DNA from: Candidatus Woesearchaeota archaeon
GTDB taxonomy: Archaea; Nanobdellota; Nanobdellia; Pacearchaeales; GW2011-AR1
Assembly: GCA_964534185.1 (NCBI GenBank)
Contig: CAZHOH010000003.1
Location: 1,955-65,954 of the forward strand
Direction of reading: 5' to 3'
Length of the DNA: 64,000 nucleotides
Of this stretch, positions 17,595 through 26,555 are shown piece after piece. Position 1 is the stretch's first letter, and every line of letters starts with the position of its first letter. Both the position numbers and the translations under genes were made by a program. A model generated the notes under the pieces. That model saw only the letters and a list, made by a program, of their open reading frames with translations. It did not search any database and had not been told where the DNA came from.

Positions 17595-18800
17595 ATGATA
17601 ATTGCTGATTTACACTTGCATTCTAAGCATTCAAGGGCGACTTCGAAGGATTTGAGTTTTGAGAATCTTGTGAAGTATGCACGGATTAAGGGAGTGGATT
17701 TGTTAGGGACTGGAGATTTTACGCATCCTGAGCATTTTAAGGAGATTGAGGAGTTAGAGGATAAGGATGGGATTTATTATTATGATGGTTTTCCATTTGT
17801 GATTAGTGGAGAGGTTTCTTTGATTTATAATCAGGAGGGGAGCCGGAGGGTTCATCTTGTTGTGCTTGTTCCAAGTGTTTCTGTTGCGCGTGAGATTAAT
17901 AATTGGATTGATACGTTTGCGCGTCGGGATTATGATGGGCGGCCGATTTTTGGGATTTCGTGTATTGATTTTGTTAAGAAAATGATGGAGATTTCTGAGG
18001 ATATTGAGGTTATTCCTGCACACATATGGACGCCGTGGTTTGGGGTTTTGGGGAGCAAGTCTGGTTTTGATTCTATGGATGAGGCTTTTGGTGAGCAGAT
18101 TAAGAATATTCATGCTATTGAAACTGGTTTGTCTTCTGATCCTCCTATGAACTGGAGATTGTCACAGTTGGATAGGTTTACCATTGTAAGTTTTGCAGAT
18201 ATGCATAGTTTTTGGCCGTGGAGGATGGGGAGGGAGGCAACTATCTTTGATTTTTCTAAAGAAGAGTTATCATATAAAAAAATAGTTGATGCAATTCGTG
18301 GGAATAAAATTAAAGGGACTGTAGAAGTTGAGCCAGGTTATGGGATGTATCATTTTGATGGACATAGGAATTGTAATTTTTCGTGTTCGCCTAAAAAGAC
18401 TAAAGATTTGAAGGGAATTTGTCCTGTGTGTGGTGAGAAGTTGACGATTGGTGTTGAGTATAGAGTTGAGGAGTTGGCTGATAGGGGGGAGGGGTTTAAG
18501 CCTGAAGGTGCTAAGGAGTCTTACAAGATGCTTCCTTTGCATGAGATTATTTCTTTGTATACTGGGATTGGGATTTCTTCTAAAGGTAATTGGGAGATTT
18601 ATAATAGTTTGATTGATAATTTTGAAACTGAGTTTAATATTTTATTGAATGTTGGGCGGGAAGATTTTTTAGATGCAGGAGTTAAAGAGAAATTGGTTGA
18701 GCTGATTATTAGGAATCGGGGTGGGAAGATTAAGGTTAAGCCGGGGTTTGATGGGCGGTATGGCGAGGCTGTTATTGAGGAGCAGAAGACGCTTTTTTGA
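17595..18800 (+). CDS. PHP-domain endonuclease Q-like protein
   Basis: N-terminal PHP motif ADLHLHSKHSRATS, GTGDFTHP, and a C-terminal zinc ribbon (CPVCGEKLTIGVEYRV), as in archaeal EndoQ. Confidence 0.6.
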   Translation: MIIADLHLHSKHSRATSKDLSFENLVKYARIKGVDLLGTGDFTHPEHFKEIEELEDKDGIYYYDGFPFVISGEVSLIYNQEGSRRVHLVVLVPSVSVAREINNWIDTFARRDYDGRPIFGISCIDFVKKMMEISEDIEVIPAHIWTPWFGVLGSKSGFDSMDEAFGEQIKNIHAIETGLSSDPPMNWRLSQLDRFTIVSFADMHSFWPWRMGREATIFDFSKEELSYKKIVDAIRGNKIKGTVEVEPGYGMYHFDGHRNCNFSCSPKKTKDLKGICPVCGEKLTIGVEYRVEELADRGEGFKPEGAKESYKMLPLHEIISLYTGIGISSKGNWEIYNSLIDNFETEFNILLNVGREDFLDAGVKEKLVELIIRNRGGKIKVKPGFDGRYGEAVIEEQKTLF

Positions 18801-18918
18801 TGTTGTCTGTGAATTTTTGGTTGTGTTTGTAGTGTGCAGATTTTGTTTCTGAATCGCATTTAGGACACTTGGTTTTTAGAGTGTAGGTACTGCAGTTTGG
18901 GCATTTTTTTAGAATCAT
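18772..18918 (-). CDS. nop10: Nop10-like H/ACA RNP zinc-ribbon protein (not in ORF track)
   Basis: Hand translation: MILKKCPNCSTYTLKTKCPKCDSETKSAHYKHNQKF... N-terminal KKCPxCxxYTLKxxCPxCxxxTxxAH matches Nop10. ATGA overlap with the aIF2-alpha stop; aIF2a-Nop10 is a conserved archaeal gene pair. C-terminus is divergent. Confidence 0.55.
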   Translation of the reverse strand: MILKKCPNCSTYTLKTKCPKCDSETKSAHYKHNQKFTDNIKKASSAPQ

Positions 18919-19604
18919 TTTATCACATGGAATTCGCACTTACTTTGTTTTGCGTTTTTTTCTATTTGCTCAAGGAGAGATTTTATTTCTGCATCTGCTT
19001 TTTTTAGTTCTGGTGATTTGATTTTGATTGCGAATTTTGAATTTCCCAAGTAAGTGATTTTGTCGTTGTTTGCCAGGACTTTTTTGATTATTTGGATTCC
19101 GTTTGATTCTCTGCAAGTTAGTGTGAATTCTTTTTTGATTTGCTTTTCTTTTTCTTTTTTTTCCTGAATTACTTTTGTTATTTGTTCTGTTTGTTCTTTG
19201 TTGAAATATTGGTCAAGTATTTTTGGATTTTCTTTTGCCTTTTCAAAGAAGTCTAGGAGTGAAGTGTTTTCTTGTTTTATTTTTTCAATTGTTTCTTGAT
19301 TTGATATTTTTTTGAGGATGCTTTCGAATGAGCGTTCTTTTTTGTATTCGTCGAGAAGTTCTTGTTTTTCCCTGTTTTTTACTCTTCTTAGACTTAGGAA
19401 AAGGTGGTTGTCTCTTATTTGAAGGACTTTGCATGCGATGATTTTATTTGGGACAACGTGGGCTCTTATGTTTCTTATTCTTCCTGGTGCTACTTCACTT
19501 AGGACTATGCTTCCTTTTACACCGTCGAGCGTTTCTACAAATACAGTGGTTTTCACTATGTTTGTTACTTTGCATAATATGATGTCGCCTTCTTGATATT
19601 GCAT
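18915..19604 (-). CDS. eif2a: translation initiation factor aIF2 alpha subunit
   Basis: N-terminal S1 domain (GDIILCKVTNIVKTTVFVETLDGVKGSIVLSEVAPGRIRNIR...LSLRRV) followed by a helical domain. Confidence 0.75.
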   Translation of the reverse strand: MQYQEGDIILCKVTNIVKTTVFVETLDGVKGSIVLSEVAPGRIRNIRAHVVPNKIIACKVLQIRDNHLFLSLRRVKNREKQELLDEYKKERSFESILKKISNQETIEKIKQENTSLLDFFEKAKENPKILDQYFNKEQTEQITKVIQEKKEKEKQIKKEFTLTCRESNGIQIIKKVLANNDKITYLGNSKFAIKIKSPELKKADAEIKSLLEQIEKNAKQSKCEFHVIK

Positions 19605-19684
19605 GAAATTAGGAATGGGGAGTGGTTTTTAAGAGTTTGTGTTTCTGCCGAAATCTTTAAATAAGATTATTTTTTGGGCGTGGT

Positions 19685-20038
19685 ATGAGTGGAAATTCAA
19701 ATAGAGAGATTTTAATTGGGTTTAAGGATTTGCCTAGTGGTTTAGATAGTGTTTTAGGTAGACAGGGATTTTTTCTTGAAGATGTTGTTGGGGAGAGGAA
19801 GTATTTGCACTCGGATCTTACAAGGATGTCTTTTACTTTTTATGAGGGGGTTGGGGGTTATCGTGATTTGTTTGCAGGTAAAGGGTGGGATGTTGGGGGT
19901 TTAGATGCTGTTGGGAGGTTGGTGTCTTCTGAAAATAATGAACGTTATGCTGAAAGACAGGAACAGGTTGCAGAAGTTTTAAGAGAGAGATATGGGGCTG
20001 TTGTTGTTTATCCTGAAAGTGATGTTGCTGTGAGTTGA
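19685..20038 (+). CDS. hypothetical protein
   Basis: 117-aa ORF with G/T-ending codon usage like other + strand genes; no motif recognised. Confidence 0.45.
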   Translation: MSGNSNREILIGFKDLPSGLDSVLGRQGFFLEDVVGERKYLHSDLTRMSFTFYEGVGGYRDLFAGKGWDVGGLDAVGRLVSSENNERYAERQEQVAEVLRERYGAVVVYPESDVAVS

Positions 20039-21355
20039 TTATAATTTTACTAGTTCTATTTCGAGTTTCTTTTTGAGTTCTTCAATGAATTGTGATTCTT
20101 TTTGTTTTTCTACAAGGCAGCCTGCTGCGAATTGGTGTCCGCCGACTTCGCCGCCGATTATTTCAACGACAGAGTTTAAGACGTCTCTGATGTTTTTTCC
20201 GTTTTTGCCTACCATTCTTCCAGAGACTTTTATTTTGTCCTGATTGTAAGCCATTGCGATTATTGCTGTGCCTTCTTCATATTGTTTTGAATTTGAAAGG
20301 ATGCTTGCGATTGTTCCGATTATTGTGTCTTTTATTTTGTCTTGTGCGTTTATTATGAGGTAGTTTTTATCTTGTATTTTTTGAAGTTCAGATAGAGAGT
20401 TTAGTGCTTTGACAATGTTTTGTTTGTGTTTTGTGTATATTGTATCAACTTTTTCTTTTGCGTTCCTGTTTTGGAGACAGTATGCAATTGCTGTTCCGCT
20501 TTCACCTGAACGACTGCATGCGTTTATTACTGCGCTTATTTGTCTTACGTCTTCTGTTCTGTTGAAGAAGTTTAGGAGGTAAATATTTCCTATTAGGGAG
20601 GAGGGGTCTGCTTTGTCTGCTCTTTGTAATGTAATTGCTGTTATTAGTTTTGACATTTCTTCTTTGCTGAGTTCTATTATGCTTTTGTATTGGTAACCGA
20701 CTCTTGGTATTCCTATGTCTCTGAGGAAGTCGTTTGTTCCTTTTGATGAGCCTGTTACGTTTGGGATGTAGATGTCTGAGTTGTATTCAAGGATTTTGTT
20801 AAGGGGGCGGGTTGCGGGATATAAAGTCGGACCTTTTTTTATTGTTACTCCTGAGTCTTTTATTATTGTCTGGTATATTTTTCCAGGATTTTTTTCTAAG
20901 GAGTCTCCTACCATTCCGATTATTGCCAAGTATGCTAAGTCGATGTTTTGTTCATTAAGTGCTTTTGCGAATAGATAAGTTACTCCTGCTCCACTGATTT
21001 CTTCTTCGTTGAATAGGTGAGGGTTTATGATTCTTACATTCTCTGGAATGTCTGATGTTATTTCGTGGTGGTCTAAAATAAATACTTCTGTTTTTAGATT
21101 TTTTATGTAGTCGAAACTATTTGAAGCTAAGTCTGTGAAGAGAATTATTTGATCTTGTGGAAGTTTATTGAAAACTTGTTCTTCTAGTTGTGTTACAATT
21201 TCTAAAGAGAAATTTCTGTTTAGTCTTTGAAGTGATTTTGCAATTATGGCTGCAGAAGTTATTCCGTCTGTGTCATGATGGCTGATAACTTTTATTTTTT
21301 TGTCTTTAGATTTTTCAATAAATTCATTAGCAATATTTTTTATTGCTTCTAACAT
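20039..21355 (-). CDS. DHH-family phosphoesterase, RecJ/GAN-like
   Basis: SHHDTDGITSAAI, DHH (ILDHHE) and GGH (GGEVGGHQFAAG) motifs; adjacent to S15, as is common in archaea. Confidence 0.75.
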   Translation of the reverse strand: MLEAIKNIANEFIEKSKDKKIKVISHHDTDGITSAAIIAKSLQRLNRNFSLEIVTQLEEQVFNKLPQDQIILFTDLASNSFDYIKNLKTEVFILDHHEITSDIPENVRIINPHLFNEEEISGAGVTYLFAKALNEQNIDLAYLAIIGMVGDSLEKNPGKIYQTIIKDSGVTIKKGPTLYPATRPLNKILEYNSDIYIPNVTGSSKGTNDFLRDIGIPRVGYQYKSIIELSKEEMSKLITAITLQRADKADPSSLIGNIYLLNFFNRTEDVRQISAVINACSRSGESGTAIAYCLQNRNAKEKVDTIYTKHKQNIVKALNSLSELQKIQDKNYLIINAQDKIKDTIIGTIASILSNSKQYEEGTAIIAMAYNQDKIKVSGRMVGKNGKNIRDVLNSVVEIIGGEVGGHQFAAGCLVEKQKESQFIEELKKKLEIELVKL

Positions 21356-21370
21356 GTTTCACCTCTTTGT

Positions 21371-21724
21371 TTATTTTGCTTTGTATTTTTCGAGTTTTCT
21401 TCTTCTACCTATGAATCTTACAATTTCTCTCTTTGCTCTTTTGTCCTGTTTGTTTTTTTCGAAGTGTGTTTCTATTTTTGATATTTTTTCGTTTACGAAT
21501 GCTAAGTCATCTTTGTATTCTATATTGTTTTCTTTTAGGATTTGTGCTATTTTTTTGCCTAGGGGTTTTATTTTATCAATGCCGTGTTTTTGTTTTAGCA
21601 TTAGTCCGATTTGGGCAGGGGAGTTGCCTTTTTTTGCCAAGTCTATGACTATCTTTTCGATATCTTCGAATTTTGCTCTTTCTGGTATTCTTTTAACAGA
21701 TTTCTTAGTTTTTGTCTCTGCCAT
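21371..21724 (-). CDS. rps15: 30S ribosomal protein S15 (uS15)
   Basis: Archaeal S15P/S13e pattern: GNSPAQIGLMLKQKHGI ... KDKRAKREIVRFIGRRRKL. Confidence 0.9.
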   Translation of the reverse strand: MAETKTKKSVKRIPERAKFEDIEKIVIDLAKKGNSPAQIGLMLKQKHGIDKIKPLGKKIAQILKENNIEYKDDLAFVNEKISKIETHFEKNKQDKRAKREIVRFIGRRRKLEKYKAK

Positions 21725-21958
21725 ATTTATCTTTCTTTGTCGTGGTTTAAAAATGTTGTGTATTTGGGAATTTTGTCGACGGGGTGGGGTTTTTTGTTGG
21801 ATGTGGAGGTTTGTTAATTTGATTATTATAGCCCTGCCTGTGTTCGCAATTTATAGCCCCGCTCGGTCCGAATAAGAACCACCTGCGGGTTCTTAACATC
21901 TCCTGCAGCCACAAATCCTGAAGGATTTACAAAATTTCGCTTTGCTCAATTTTGATAA

Positions 21959-22031
21959 TAGCCCCGCCCGGATTCGAACCGGGGTCTCGGGTTCCAAAGA
22001 CCCAAATACTTGACCACTATACTACGGGGCT
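21959..22031 (-). tRNA. tRNA-Gln (anticodon UUG)
   Basis: Hand-folded: AGCCCCG acceptor, anticodon stem TGGGT/ACCCG with loop CTTTGGA, T arm CCCGG-TTCGAAT-CCGGG, 3' CGGGGCT plus discriminator A. Confidence 0.85.
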
Positions 22032-22089
22032 ATGAAATTTAGAGAAATAGATTGTTTATAAATTTTCAGTATTTGTCTTTGTACTTGGA

Positions 22090-22578
22090 TTATTCCTTTA
22101 GTGTTACTACGTTTGTCATGCCTCTTCTGCGTCTTTCGACTATGCCTTTGCCTTCAAGCCTGTCTATTATTCTTGATACCTTTGCTTTGCCAAACCCTGT
22201 TTTTTCTATTATGTCTGCTTGGAAAATTGTTTTGTTTTCTTGTATTATTTTAAGGATTTGTTTGTCTTCTGGTCTGAATCCTGAGGTGTCTATTTTTTTC
22301 TTTTGGGGTTTTTTCTCGATTGTTTTTGTTTTGACAATTACTTTTTCCTGGGGTTTTGAGAAGATTAAGATTAGTCCTACGATAATTAAAAGTCCTGTTA
22401 TGCCTAATGCTAAGAATGTTTGTTGGGTTATTGTGTCATACATTGGACATGATGTTCCATGAGCTTCGTTGCAACTTACACTGACAATGTCTTTTAGTGC
22501 AGAGTTGAATAAGAAAATTATTATTATGAATAGGATAGATATTCCGAGTAAAAGGTAGCCGACTTTTTTGTTTTCCAT
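22090..22578 (-). CDS. membrane-anchored winged-helix transcriptional regulator
   Basis: Two N-terminal TM helices flank a Cys motif (SCNEAHGTSCPMYD); C-terminal wHTH ADIIEKTGFGKAKVSRIIDRLEGKGIVERRRRG. Confidence 0.6.
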   Translation of the reverse strand: MENKKVGYLLLGISILFIIIIFLFNSALKDIVSVSCNEAHGTSCPMYDTITQQTFLALGITGLLIIVGLILIFSKPQEKVIVKTKTIEKKPQKKKIDTSGFRPEDKQILKIIQENKTIFQADIIEKTGFGKAKVSRIIDRLEGKGIVERRRRGMTNVVTLKE

Positions 22579-22669
22579 GATTTATGGAAAATGTATTGGT
22601 TTATAAGTTTTGTCTATTGAAACTAGTTTCACAAAAGTGCTTATATAATTTTGTTTGACTGGAAAATGT

Positions 22670-23326
22670 ATGGAAACGAAAAAATTGAAAGGAGGAAAAA
22701 CCGACATTGAGTTTGTTGTGCAGTTAGTTGTAATTGCTGTTCTTGGAATTTTGCTTTTTTATAATGGGGCGAAGTTTTATGGAATGACTGGAAATTCAAT
22801 TGCTACTGGAGTTGGTATGGTGTCTGCAGAAGTTCTACCTCAAGGAACCCCCCAGTTTTATGGAGAAAAATTAGGGGTGTCTTATGATGATGTTTCACTT
22901 TCTGACCCAAGACTTGCAGATGCTACAATAAGAAAGTTGTCCCAGTATGAAAATATGGAGTTGAATTCTGAGCAGATGCAAAGATATATACAGATTGCAG
23001 GAGCTATTTCTTGTGAATACTGCTGTGGTGCAAAAGCAATTATCTTTTCTAATGGTGAAAGAGCTTGTGGATGTGCTCATAGTTATGCAATGCGTGGATT
23101 GGCAAAGTATCTTTTGACAGAAAATCCAGAGATGAGTGATGAAGAGATTTTGTCTGAACTTGGTAAATGGAAAGTTTTATTTTTTCCAGGTATTCATGAA
23201 CAGAAAGCGCAAGTTTTGGAAACAAATGGAATTGACTCTATGAATTATATTAATCTTGCGAGTAATATGTATAGAGGAATTGAAAAAGGGCAATTGCAAG
23301 GCGGCTCGATGGTAGGAGGTTGTTAA
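22670..23326 (+). CDS. membrane-anchored Cys-rich protein ending in MVGGC
   Basis: N-terminal TM; CEYCCGAKAIIFSNGERACGCAHSY motif; C-terminus QGGSMVGGC. ATG 22670 is about 26 nt from cttatataa. Confidence 0.55.
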   Translation: METKKLKGGKTDIEFVVQLVVIAVLGILLFYNGAKFYGMTGNSIATGVGMVSAEVLPQGTPQFYGEKLGVSYDDVSLSDPRLADATIRKLSQYENMELNSEQMQRYIQIAGAISCEYCCGAKAIIFSNGERACGCAHSYAMRGLAKYLLTENPEMSDEEILSELGKWKVLFFPGIHEQKAQVLETNGIDSMNYINLASNMYRGIEKGQLQGGSMVGGC

Positions 23327-23493
23327 TGGAAATCAAAAAATCAACAGTGCTTTGGATTGCAATTGGAATATTGGCTTTGGCAGTTTTGTTTTTGACAATG
23401 CAAGTGTCAAGTGGAGATGTTTCAGCAGTTCCTGCTGGTGCCAGTGCAGCTCAGTCCGCTTCTTCGTATGGCGGAATGGTCGGTGGATGCTAG
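23326..23493 (+). CDS. 55-aa membrane-anchored peptide ending in MVGGC (not in ORF track)
   Basis: Hand translation MEIKKSTVLWIAIGILALAVLFLTMQVSSGDVSAVPAGASAAQSASSYGGMVGGC; TAATG overlap with the upstream stop; shares its C-terminal motif with the upstream gene. Confidence 0.45.
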   Translation: MEIKKSTVLWIAIGILALAVLFLTMQVSSGDVSAVPAGASAAQSASSYGGMVGGC

Positions 23494-23573
23494 TTTTTTA
23501 TTTTTATTTTTAGCATCTTTCCTTTTTTAAAATGGATTGCTGTTCAAATAAATCAGATGTGAAAGGAGGTAAA

Positions 23574-24047
23574 ATGAATAAGATAATAGTTTTTAGTATA
23601 ATTGGAATTATTTTAGTTATAGCTGGGATTGTATTCTTTTCTGGGAATACAAGTAGTTTTGAAAATATTGCTTTGGAAGATGAGATAACCGTGTATAAAT
23701 CTTCTAGTTGTGGTTGTTGTGGTGTTTATGTGAATTATTTTCAGAGAAAAGGAAATTCGAATGCAAATTTTGTTGACTTTCCGAATCTTGAACAGATAAA
23801 AAGTCAGTATGGTGTTCCGCAGGAGTTAGAGAGTTGTCATACAACTATTATTGGAGATTACTTTGTTGAAGGACATATTCCTTTGGAGGTAGTTGAAAGA
23901 CTTTTAGAAGAGAAGCCTGATATTGCAGGGATTGCAATGCCAGGAATGCCTGAAGGTTCGCCAGGAATGCCAGGTCCTAAAAATTCTGACTTTGTAATTT
24001 ACGCAGTAAATCATGACGGTAGTTATGAGGAGTTTATGAGGGTATGA
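23574..24047 (+). CDS. DUF411 (CopG-type) metal-binding protein
   Basis: SSCGCCGVY...ESCHTTIIGDYFVEGHIPLEVV...GIAMPGMPEGSPGMPG is the DUF411 signature. GGAGGT lies 4 nt upstream of ATG 23574. Confidence 0.8.
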   Translation: MNKIIVFSIIGIILVIAGIVFFSGNTSSFENIALEDEITVYKSSSCGCCGVYVNYFQRKGNSNANFVDFPNLEQIKSQYGVPQELESCHTTIIGDYFVEGHIPLEVVERLLEEKPDIAGIAMPGMPEGSPGMPGPKNSDFVIYAVNHDGSYEEFMRV

Positions 24048-24553
24048 AATTGAAATATTTTTTTGTTGTTTTTGCATTTATTTTTTTGATTTCTAGTGTG
24101 AAGGCTCATTGTCCGCTTTGCACTATAGGGGCTGGGGCGGCTGCAGGTGTGGCTGTTTGGTTGGGTGTAAGCAAAGTTGTAGTTGCTCTTTTTGTTGGGG
24201 GCTTTGCAGTTTCTATGGGGTGGTGGTTTGGAAATGTGATTAAGAAAAAATATGTTCCTTTTCAAAAGAGTATATTGGTTGTTGGTTCTTTTTTACTGAC
24301 AGTTTTGCCTTTGCTGCCAGTGTTTAATATTATTGGGCCTTTTTATGTTCCTTTTATTGGAGAATATGGTACTACCTATGCAATTAACTATTCTTTGATT
24401 AGTAGTATTGGTGGGGGTTTAATAGTTGCTTCAAGTCCTTTTTTGAGTTCGCAGATTACTAAATTTAGAAATAAGACAATTCCTTTTCAAGGGGTCATTT
24501 TAACATTTGTTTTGTTAGCGGTTGCAGGAGTTATTATTCAGGTTGTAATTTAA
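24044..24553 (+). CDS. membrane protein with HCPLC motif after signal peptide
   Basis: Signal peptide ...SSVKA/HCPLCTIGAG, then 4-5 TM helices; ATGA overlap with the DUF411 gene. Confidence 0.5.
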   Translation: MKLKYFFVVFAFIFLISSVKAHCPLCTIGAGAAAGVAVWLGVSKVVVALFVGGFAVSMGWWFGNVIKKKYVPFQKSILVVGSFLLTVLPLLPVFNIIGPFYVPFIGEYGTTYAINYSLISSIGGGLIVASSPFLSSQITKFRNKTIPFQGVILTFVLLAVAGVIIQVVI

Positions 24554-24994
24554 ATGGAGAGTTTGTTTTATGTATTGGTTGGAATGATTTTTTTATTTGG
24601 GGCTTTTTTGGTTGGCAAGTCTTTGATTAAGAAAAAAGAGTTTTGTGTTATTTGTGCTTTGGTTAGTTTTAGTTGGTTGGTGCTTTTGTTTTTTTATTGG
24701 GAAGGTATTTTTGAGGACATGTTAGTTATTGCGATATTAATGGGGCAGTCTTCGATTGGGTTTTATTATTTTTTAGAAAGTAGGATTGACGAGAGGTTTA
24801 AAGTTTTTAGATTGCCTTTTATTTTGAGTTTGGTTTTTGTTATTTATTCTGTTGTTAGTTTGGGTTTTGGATTTAATTCTTTTGTTTTAATTTTGGTTTT
24901 GTGGGTTTTGTTTGGGTTTTTGTATTTTTATAGAAATTATTCTGGAGTTAGTGTTGTTGTGAATAAATTGGTTGAGTGCTGTAAAAAATGGTGA
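24554..24994 (+). CDS. membrane protein with CVIC motif
   Basis: Four hydrophobic helices; CxxC (FCVICALV) at the start of TM2; C-terminal LVECCKKW. Confidence 0.5.
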   Translation: MESLFYVLVGMIFLFGAFLVGKSLIKKKEFCVICALVSFSWLVLLFFYWEGIFEDMLVIAILMGQSSIGFYYFLESRIDERFKVFRLPFILSLVFVIYSVVSLGFGFNSFVLILVLWVLFGFLYFYRNYSGVSVVVNKLVECCKKW

Positions 24995-25443
24995 AAGATA
25001 AAGGGAGTAATTCGGTTTTGTATGGTTTAATTGCAGGAACGCTTTTGATAGTTTTTTATCTTGTGCTTGTTTCTTTTTTTCAAGGAGTCGATTTTGCTTT
25101 TTTGAGTTTTAGGAGTTTATGGTATTTGATGTTTCCCCTTGCAGCAGGGTTTGGGATTCAGATTGGACTTTATAGTTCGATAAAACACGATGCTCAGGTT
25201 ACTGGGGCTGTTGCAGGAACAGGAGGGATTTCAGGTGGTTCGATGGTTGCGTGTTGTTCTCATTTTTTGTTAAATATAATTCCTATAGCAGGTGCTTCTG
25301 GTTTGGCAGTTTTTTTAATGAATTATCAGAAATGGTTTTTGGGTTTTGGTATTTTGGCCAATGTTTTGGGAATTGGTTTGATGGTTAGGCATAAAAGAAA
25401 GATGAAAAATAATTTGAAAGGAGGTAGTTGTTGCAATGAATAA
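24988..25443 (+). CDS. membrane protein with intramembrane CC motif and GGSCC tail
   Basis: GGISGGSMVACCSHFLLN within a TM region; C-terminus LKGGSCCNE. Confidence 0.5.
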   Translation: MVKDKGSNSVLYGLIAGTLLIVFYLVLVSFFQGVDFAFLSFRSLWYLMFPLAAGFGIQIGLYSSIKHDAQVTGAVAGTGGISGGSMVACCSHFLLNIIPIAGASGLAVFLMNYQKWFLGFGILANVLGIGLMVRHKRKMKNNLKGGSCCNE

Positions 25444-25651
25444 AATAATAATTTATATCATTGTTGGGCTTGTGCTTTTAGGACTTATTGTTTTGACTTT
25501 TTTTCCAGGTATGCTTCATGCATTTAAGGATTCTGGGATAACTGGAAATGCTGTTGAAGATAAGTGTTCTCCGCCTGCAGGATATGAAGAAGAAGATTGG
25601 AGAGAGCATATGTCGCATCATCCTGATATTTATAGAGAGTGTCTGACATGA
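25436..25651 (+). CDS. small membrane-anchored protein
   Basis: N-terminal TM; Cys/His-containing ectodomain (CSPPAGYEEEDWREHMSHHPDIYRECL); GGAGGT upstream. Confidence 0.45.
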   Translation: MNKIIIYIIVGLVLLGLIVLTFFPGMLHAFKDSGITGNAVEDKCSPPAGYEEEDWREHMSHHPDIYRECLT

Positions 25652-26154
25652 GGAATGAGAGGATTAAACAAAGTTTTGAAAATATCGGTTTTGTTCTATC
25701 TAAAAACAAATATTTAGTTTTAACTTTGATTTCTGGGTTTTTGATGTTTTTTCTTTTATATTATTTAATGGTGGCAAAAGTTGCTGATCAGAATCTTAGA
25801 GTTGCGATTATGATGTCTGGGGCAGAATATATTACCTTAACGATTGTGGGTATATTTTTGATTTCGGGGTTGTTTGGCATTTATATTTCTTTATTAGTAT
25901 TCAAGATTGTAATGCAATATGCTTTGGGTGTAAAAGGAATTTTTGGAGCATTTGGCAGTTTGGTGGGGGCATTTGGAGTTGGATGTCCAACATGCGGCGC
26001 TGTTTTATTTGGATTAATTGGTTTTCCATTGGCTTTAACCTATTTTCCTTTTCGTGGAATGGAATTGATGTTTGTTGGGGTGTTGGTAATGATGTTTTCA
26101 ATTTATCTGATTTCAGTTAATTTGGTTTCATGTAAAACCAAAACATTTAAATAA
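25639..26154 (+). CDS. membrane protein with GCPTC motif
   Basis: Polytopic; FGVGCPTCGAVLFGLIG CxxC at a helix start. Confidence 0.5.
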   Translation: MSDMRNERIKQSFENIGFVLSKNKYLVLTLISGFLMFFLLYYLMVAKVADQNLRVAIMMSGAEYITLTIVGIFLISGLFGIYISLLVFKIVMQYALGVKGIFGAFGSLVGAFGVGCPTCGAVLFGLIGFPLALTYFPFRGMELMFVGVLVMMFSIYLISVNLVSCKTKTFK

Positions 26155-26174
26155 TATATGCATTTAATGTTCAT

Positions 26175-26555
26175 ATGATAAATAAAGACATATTAAACTC
26201 CTGTCATAAAGAAGGATATAAGGATGATGAGTTGTATGGGGCTTATAAAATTTTTTTTGGAACTTTGGTGAGCGGGCCGAGATTGAAGATTATTAATTTG
26301 CTTAGAAAAAAGAAGATGAATGTTTCAGAGATAATGAAAGAGTTGAATATGGATCAAACTTCAGTTAGTCATAATCTTGCAAGATTGAGTAAATGTGGTT
26401 TTGTGGAAGTCAAATCTGAGGGTAAATTTCGCTATTATAATTTAAATAAGAAAACTATTCGTCCTTTAATGGAGATTATTGAGAAGCATATGGGACAGTT
26501 TTGTGTTCATATATTAAAAAATGAAAGGGAGAGTTTAAAGAATGAACATATTTAG
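26175..26555 (+). CDS. ArsR/SmtB-family metalloregulator
   Basis: wHTH PRLKIINLLRKKKMNVSEIMKELNMDQTSVSHNLARLSKCGFVEVKSEGKFRYYNL. Confidence 0.8.
   Translation: MINKDILNSCHKEGYKDDELYGAYKIFFGTLVSGPRLKIINLLRKKKMNVSEIMKELNMDQTSVSHNLARLSKCGFVEVKSEGKFRYYNLNKKTIRPLMEIIEKHMGQFCVHILKNERESLKNEHI

Noticed and set aside
21300-21875. 191-aa + strand ORF across the recJ-like/S15 region, and the nested ORFs 21433-21648 and 21611-21817.
   Set aside because: Antisense to ribosomal protein S15 and the 5' end of the DHH protein; F/L/S/C-rich nonsense-like sequence.
21830-21960. Split or permuted tRNA half-gene (Nanoarchaeum-style) downstream of tRNA-Gln.
   Set aside because: The tRNA-like segments lack a foldable T-arm and no complementary 5' half or leader is visible. 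Degenerate att-type duplicates are the more economical explanation.
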